A stretch of 64,000 bases of DNA from an uncultured Acidobacteriota bacterium (lineage in GTDB: Bacteria > Acidobacteriota > Vicinamibacteria > Vicinamibacterales > SCN-69-37). Position 1 is the stretch's first letter, and each line of letters opens with the position of its first letter. The DNA lies in NCBI GenBank assembly GCA_963816795.1, contig CAWFLT010000003.1, positions 210,202 through 274,201 on the forward strand, read 5' to 3'. The notes under the pieces were generated by a model. The model saw nothing but the letters and a program-made list of their open reading frames with translations, searched no databases and was not told the DNA's origin. The translations under genes were made by a program, and so were the position numbers. Below are positions 60,401 through 64,000 of the stretch, one piece after another.

Positions 60401-60546
60401 CCATGGTGGAGATGTTCAATACGTTCAACAACGCCAACAACCTCAACCCGCTGTCGACGCCGGCGCTGTTCGACTTCTCCGGCTTCCTGCGGACCGGTGT
60501 CGGCGATCCGAGACAGTGGCAGCTGGCGGTCAAGTTCACGTTTTAG
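57493..60546 (+). CDS. TonB-dependent receptor with N-terminal CarboxypepD_reg-like domain; about 3 frame disruptions (~59135, ~60290, ~60318)
   Basis: Signal peptide. GVIQGTVVDATGAALPSASVEIKNLDTNTSERRTTDGEGRFTALQLQPGRYTV. Plug (...ISFAGQRGVFNNVSLDGGDYNN...GGVVNVITKSG). Barrel. Hand-translated end ...RKDNAYFSFDWRLTRAF...QWQLAVKFTF*. Confidence 0.85.
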
Positions 60547-60560
60547 TTGTAGATCAAGAG

Positions 60561-60757
60561 CTCACACGGGGGGCATGGAGGAGGCACGGAGAGCACGGGG
60601 ATGGAACGCAGCACGGGTGTTTGTGAGCCTGGCGTCGTCCGACTGGGTGGAACGATCGCGGGCCAGTGACTGAACGCAGTCCAGAGCAAGCAGACGCTTT
60701 GCCTCTTTCTCGCACTTCGGACTCCGTGAGCCCCGTGCCAACGCCGTGAGCCCCGTG
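60561..60757. repeat. intergenic element with CACGG... / ...CCGTG inverted motifs
   Basis: Left: GGCACGGAGAGCACGGGG (60583-60600). Right: CCGTGAGCCCCGTGCC and CCGTGAGCCCCGTG (60724-60757). The reverse complement of the right units approximates the left unit. Confidence 0.45.
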
Positions 60758-60789
60758 TTAGAGGTCTTGGGTTGGAGTAGGATGGCGCC

Positions 60790-61734
60790 ATGCTGAAGAT
60801 CTCCACGACCCTGCGCGCCGCCACCTGGCTGGCCATCGTCGCGGCCAGCTTGTCGCTGACTTCGTTCACGGTCCGCGGCGCCGACAAACGGATTGTCATC
60901 CTGGCGGGCCGCCCCAGCCACGGGCCGGGCGCGCATGAGTTCCGCGCCGGCAGCCTGCTGATGCAGAAGGCGCTCGCCGGATTCCCCGGCGTGTCGGTCG
61001 AGGTCATCCCGATGGGCTGGCCGACCCAGGAAGTGGACGGCAAGCGGGTGGACGACCACACGCCGCTGATGACCGCCGATGCGATCCTGATCTACGCCGA
61101 CGGCGGCAAGGGCAATCCCGCGATTCAGGGCGACCGCATGCAGGTGCTCGAGTCGCTCGGCCAAGAAGGGCGTGGGACTCGGGTTCGGGCACTACGGCGT
61201 CGAAGTACCGGCCGGCGTGCCCGGTGAAACGTTTCAGCGCTGGATCGGCGGCTACTACGAGACGAACTGGTCGGTGAACCCGATGTGGGAGCCGAAGATC
61301 GACAAGCTGCCGAACCATCCGGTCGCGCGGGGTGTGCAGCCGTTCGCGACGCACGACGAGTGGTATTTCAACATGCGCTGGACCACGGATCCCGCGCTCA
61401 AAGCCCGGGTGACGCCGATCCTGGTCGCGACGCCGAGCGACGAGGTCCGCAAAGGCCCCTACGTCAGCCCGCGCGGGCCCTACGAGCACATCGTCGCCGC
61501 CAGCGGCCAGGTCGAAACCATGATGTGGGTCATGGAGCGGCCTGACGGCGGACGCAGCTTCGGCTTTACTGGCGGGCACACCCACACCAACTGGGGCGAT
61601 CCCAATCAGCGCCGGGTGATGCTGAACGCGCTGTTGTGGATCGCCAAGGTCGAGGTGCCCGCCGGCGGGGTGCAGGACAAGATCACCGCTGCGGACCTCA
61701 CGGAGAACCTGGATCGAAGGGCGGGAAGAAGTAG
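60790..61734 (+). CDS. ThuA-domain (class I glutamine-amidotransferase-like) protein; frame disruptions ~61159 and ~61716
   Basis: Signal peptide. KRIVILAGRPSHGPGAHEF..., then +1 to GVGLGFGHYGVEVP...THDEWYFNMRW...GFTGGHTHTNWGDPNQRRVMLNALLWIAKVEVP. The end (LDRKGGKK*) is tentative. Confidence 0.75.
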
Positions 61735-61745
61735 GTCAGACCGGA

Positions 61746-62809
61746 CTAGCGCCAGCGGAACAGCTTCAACGCCAGCACGAAGGAGACCACGAGCCAGACC
61801 GACCAGCGCGGCGAGCTGCGGCACGAGCTGCGCGCAGGCCGGCGCCCTGCAGCATGTTCGCGCGCAGCGCGTCGATCAGCGCCGTCAGCGGCAGCGCCTT
61901 GATGAACGGCTGCACGACGTCGGGAAATCGCTGCGCCGAGAAGAACACGCCGGACAGGATCCACATCGGCATCATGACCACGTTCATGAGGCCGGAGACG
62001 CGCCTCGATCGTCCGCGCCCGCGAGGCGACCAGGAGCCCGAGCGCGCTGAACGCACAGCGATCCCAGCGACGCAGATCGCGGCCAGCTCGAGCAGCGAGC
62101 CGCGCACCGGCACGCCGAAGGCGACGACGCCGAACCCGACCGGCACGCCGACCTCGACCACGAGCAGCAGCCATGCGCCAGACCAGGAACGACAGCAGGT
62201 AGTACGGCCGCGACATCGGCGTCGCCGACGAGCCGCTTCATCAGCTTGCGGCGGCGCGCGTCGACGATCGAGAAGCCCAGGCCCCAGACGGCGTTGCCCA
62301 TGATGCCCATGCCGACCAGGCCGGGCATCAGGAAGTCGATGTAGCGCGAGCCCGGCTCGCGCACGAGCTCGTCCTGACCGGCACCGGATCGACGCGTCCG
62401 CCGGCCACGCTGCACGGCGCGGTCGGCCAGCCGCGCGCGCGGTCCGCGCCTCGGGATTGGTGTCGTCGTAGCGATACGACACGCCGCCGTCCGGCGCCGG
62501 CTCGACGACCAGCGCGACCTTGCCCGTCGCGCAGCGCCTGCGCCGCCTGCTCGGCGCTGAGCAGCTCGACCTCGACAGCTGCGGGTCGCCTGCCGAGCGA
62601 CGCCGACGAGCTCGGCGGACGTCGCGGCGATCTTGAGCGACCTCCGCGGGCTGGTTCCGGAACGCGACGCCGAGGCCGGCCGCAGCAGGATCACCGGGAA
62701 AGACCACCGCCCAGAACACCGCCTCGGGCTCGCGGACGAACTCGCGGCACCGCGCACCAGCGTCAGCTGGACCAGCGGATGCGAACGCGCCAGGTGCGGA
62801 CTCACTCAT
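61746..62809 (-). pseudogene. ABC-2 type transporter permease, at least 6 frame disruptions
   Basis: Fragments: REFVREPEAVFWAVVFP; YIDFLMPGLVGMGIMGNAVWGLGFSIVDARRRKLMKRL; MSRPYYLLSFLVWR; LMNVVMMPMWILSGVFFSAQRFPDVVQPFIKALPLTALIDALRANML; ...VWLVVSFVLALKLFRWR*. ATGA overlap with the ATPase gene. Confidence 0.7.
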
Positions 62810-63742
62810 CGCGCAGGTGCCGTCCGGTCAGCGTCGACGAACACGTCCTCGAGCGTCGCCGAGTGCGTCCGCAGCTCCGTCAGCGGCAGGCCGCTGCTGC
62901 GCCGAGCATCCTCGAGCAGCGCCGGCACGGCGCGGTGCAGCTCGGTGACCTGCATCTGAATCTGCCGTTCCGACCGGCTTGACGCTCGCGCACGCCCGGC
63001 ACGCCCGAGAACAGCGCCGAGATCGCAGACCGCGTTGCCGGTCGAGAACTCGACGACGTGCTCGACGCCGATCGAGGCGATCAGCTCGCGCGGCGTGCCG
63101 AGCGCGATGACCTTGCCGTGATCCATGATCGCGACGCGATCGCAGAGGCTGCTCGGCTTCATCCATGTAGTGCGTCGTCAGCAGGATCGTCCGGCCCGCC
63201 TTGCTTGAACTCGTCGATCAGGTCCCAGAGCTGGCGGCGCGCCTGCGGATCGAGGCCGGTCGTCGGCTCGTCGAGGAACAGCAGGTCGGGATCGCCGACG
63301 AGCGCGCAGGCGAGCGCCAGCCGCTGCTTCTGCCCGCCCGACAGCGTGCCGACGCGCGCGTCGCGCTTCTCCTCGAGCTGCACGAGCGCGATGACGTGCG
63401 CCGGCGACGGCCCCTGCCGGTAGAAGCTGCGGAACAGCTCGACCGTCTCGAGCACGGTGAGCTTCTCGGAGAGCTGCGTCTCCTGCAGCTGGATGCCGAG
63501 CCGCTGGCGCAGCGCCGCGCGCGTCCGACGCCCAGCGCATGCCGAGCACCTCGACGTCGCCCGGAGTCCGGCGCGGTCAGCCCTTCGCAGATCTCGATCG
63601 TCGTCGTCTTGCCGGCGCCGTTCGGGCCGAGCAGGCCGAAGCACTCGCCGGCGCGCACCTCGAGGTCGAGGCCGTCGACGGCGACGACGTCCTTGTAGGC
63701 CTTGCGCAGGTCGCTCACGCGCAGCGCGACGGATCCGGTCAT
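62806..63742 (-). CDS. ABC transporter ATP-binding protein (ABC-2/DrrA-like); at least 3 frame disruptions
   Basis: Walker [14 protein letters not shown]-loop LGIQLQE, signature [12 protein letters not shown], Walker [30 protein letters not shown]. The pieces lie in three frames. Confidence 0.85.
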
Positions 63743-63752
63743 CCGTCCAGTA

Positions 63753-64000
63753 TCACTCGATCCGATACAGATGCGTCCGCGTTCGCAGGAAGAGCGCGCG
63801 GCCGGAGACCGCCGGCGAGGCCATGAAGCCGTCGTCGAGCTGGTTCTCCGCCAGCAGCTTGTATTGCGCGGCCCGCCTCGATGACGGTGGTCTTACCGTC
63901 CTCGCTGAAGAAATACACCCGCGACCCGTCGGACACCGGCGAGGCCGAGAAGGTGCCGCCGACGCGCGCGTTCCAGACCACTTCGCCGGTCTTCGCCTCG
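63753..64000 (-). CDS. PQQ-like beta-propeller repeat (BamB-like) protein, 3' end only; frame disruption ~63870
   Basis: [36 protein letters not shown], then in another frame ...[16 protein letters not shown] (stop 63753-63755). The gene continues beyond the window. Confidence 0.6.
   Translation of the reverse strand, partial: RRRPAKWSGTRASAAPSRPRRCPTGRGCISSARTVRPPSSRRAAQYKLLAENQLDDGFMASPAVSGRALFLRTRTHLYRIE

Overview
GC-rich (roughly two-thirds G+C by eye, not computed) bacterial chromosomal segment. Gene content looks Acidobacteriota-like: an ADOP-type duplicated FtsX permease, a VWFA-related protein and a CarboxypepD_reg-type TonB receptor. That taxonomy is inference only. I support about 60 protein-coding genes and recognised no rRNA, tRNA or CRISPR array. 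Main blocks: (1) 4.0-12.9 kb, a tightly packed same-strand cluster encoding a porin-cytochrome electron conduit (decahaem MtrA/MtoA-like, MtrB/PioB-like barrel, monohaem cyt c, membrane hexahaem NapC/NirT-like), followed by a PG-binding protein, an unknown 295-aa protein, an MscS channel and a FixJ-type regulator. (2) 14.5-20.9 kb, pyruvate:ferredoxin oxidoreductase flanked by a GltD-like flavoprotein and a DHOD-like protein. (3) 23.6-30.2 kb, a complete F1Fo ATP synthase operon (atpBEFHAGDC). (4) 30.4-46.9 kb, regulators and assorted genes: sigma-54 activator, DUF3300/DUF2950 pair, HK/RR pair, tannase-P460-carbonic anhydrase, YqjD/E/K-like genes, topoisomerase IB. (5) 46.9-47.7 kb, a non-coding element made of two mutually inverted arrays of 20-24-bp tandem repeats around an IS256/Mutator-like transposase fragment. 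(6) 47.7-64 kb, transporters, a Ser/Thr kinase and oxidoreductases. Many conserved genes, including atpA and atpD, are broken by single-base frame shifts, mostly +1 insertions. Long stretches (14.5-21.1, 30.4-38.9, 51.5-57.1 kb) are clean. Gene spans below are the reconstructed full genes, and shift positions are approximate.
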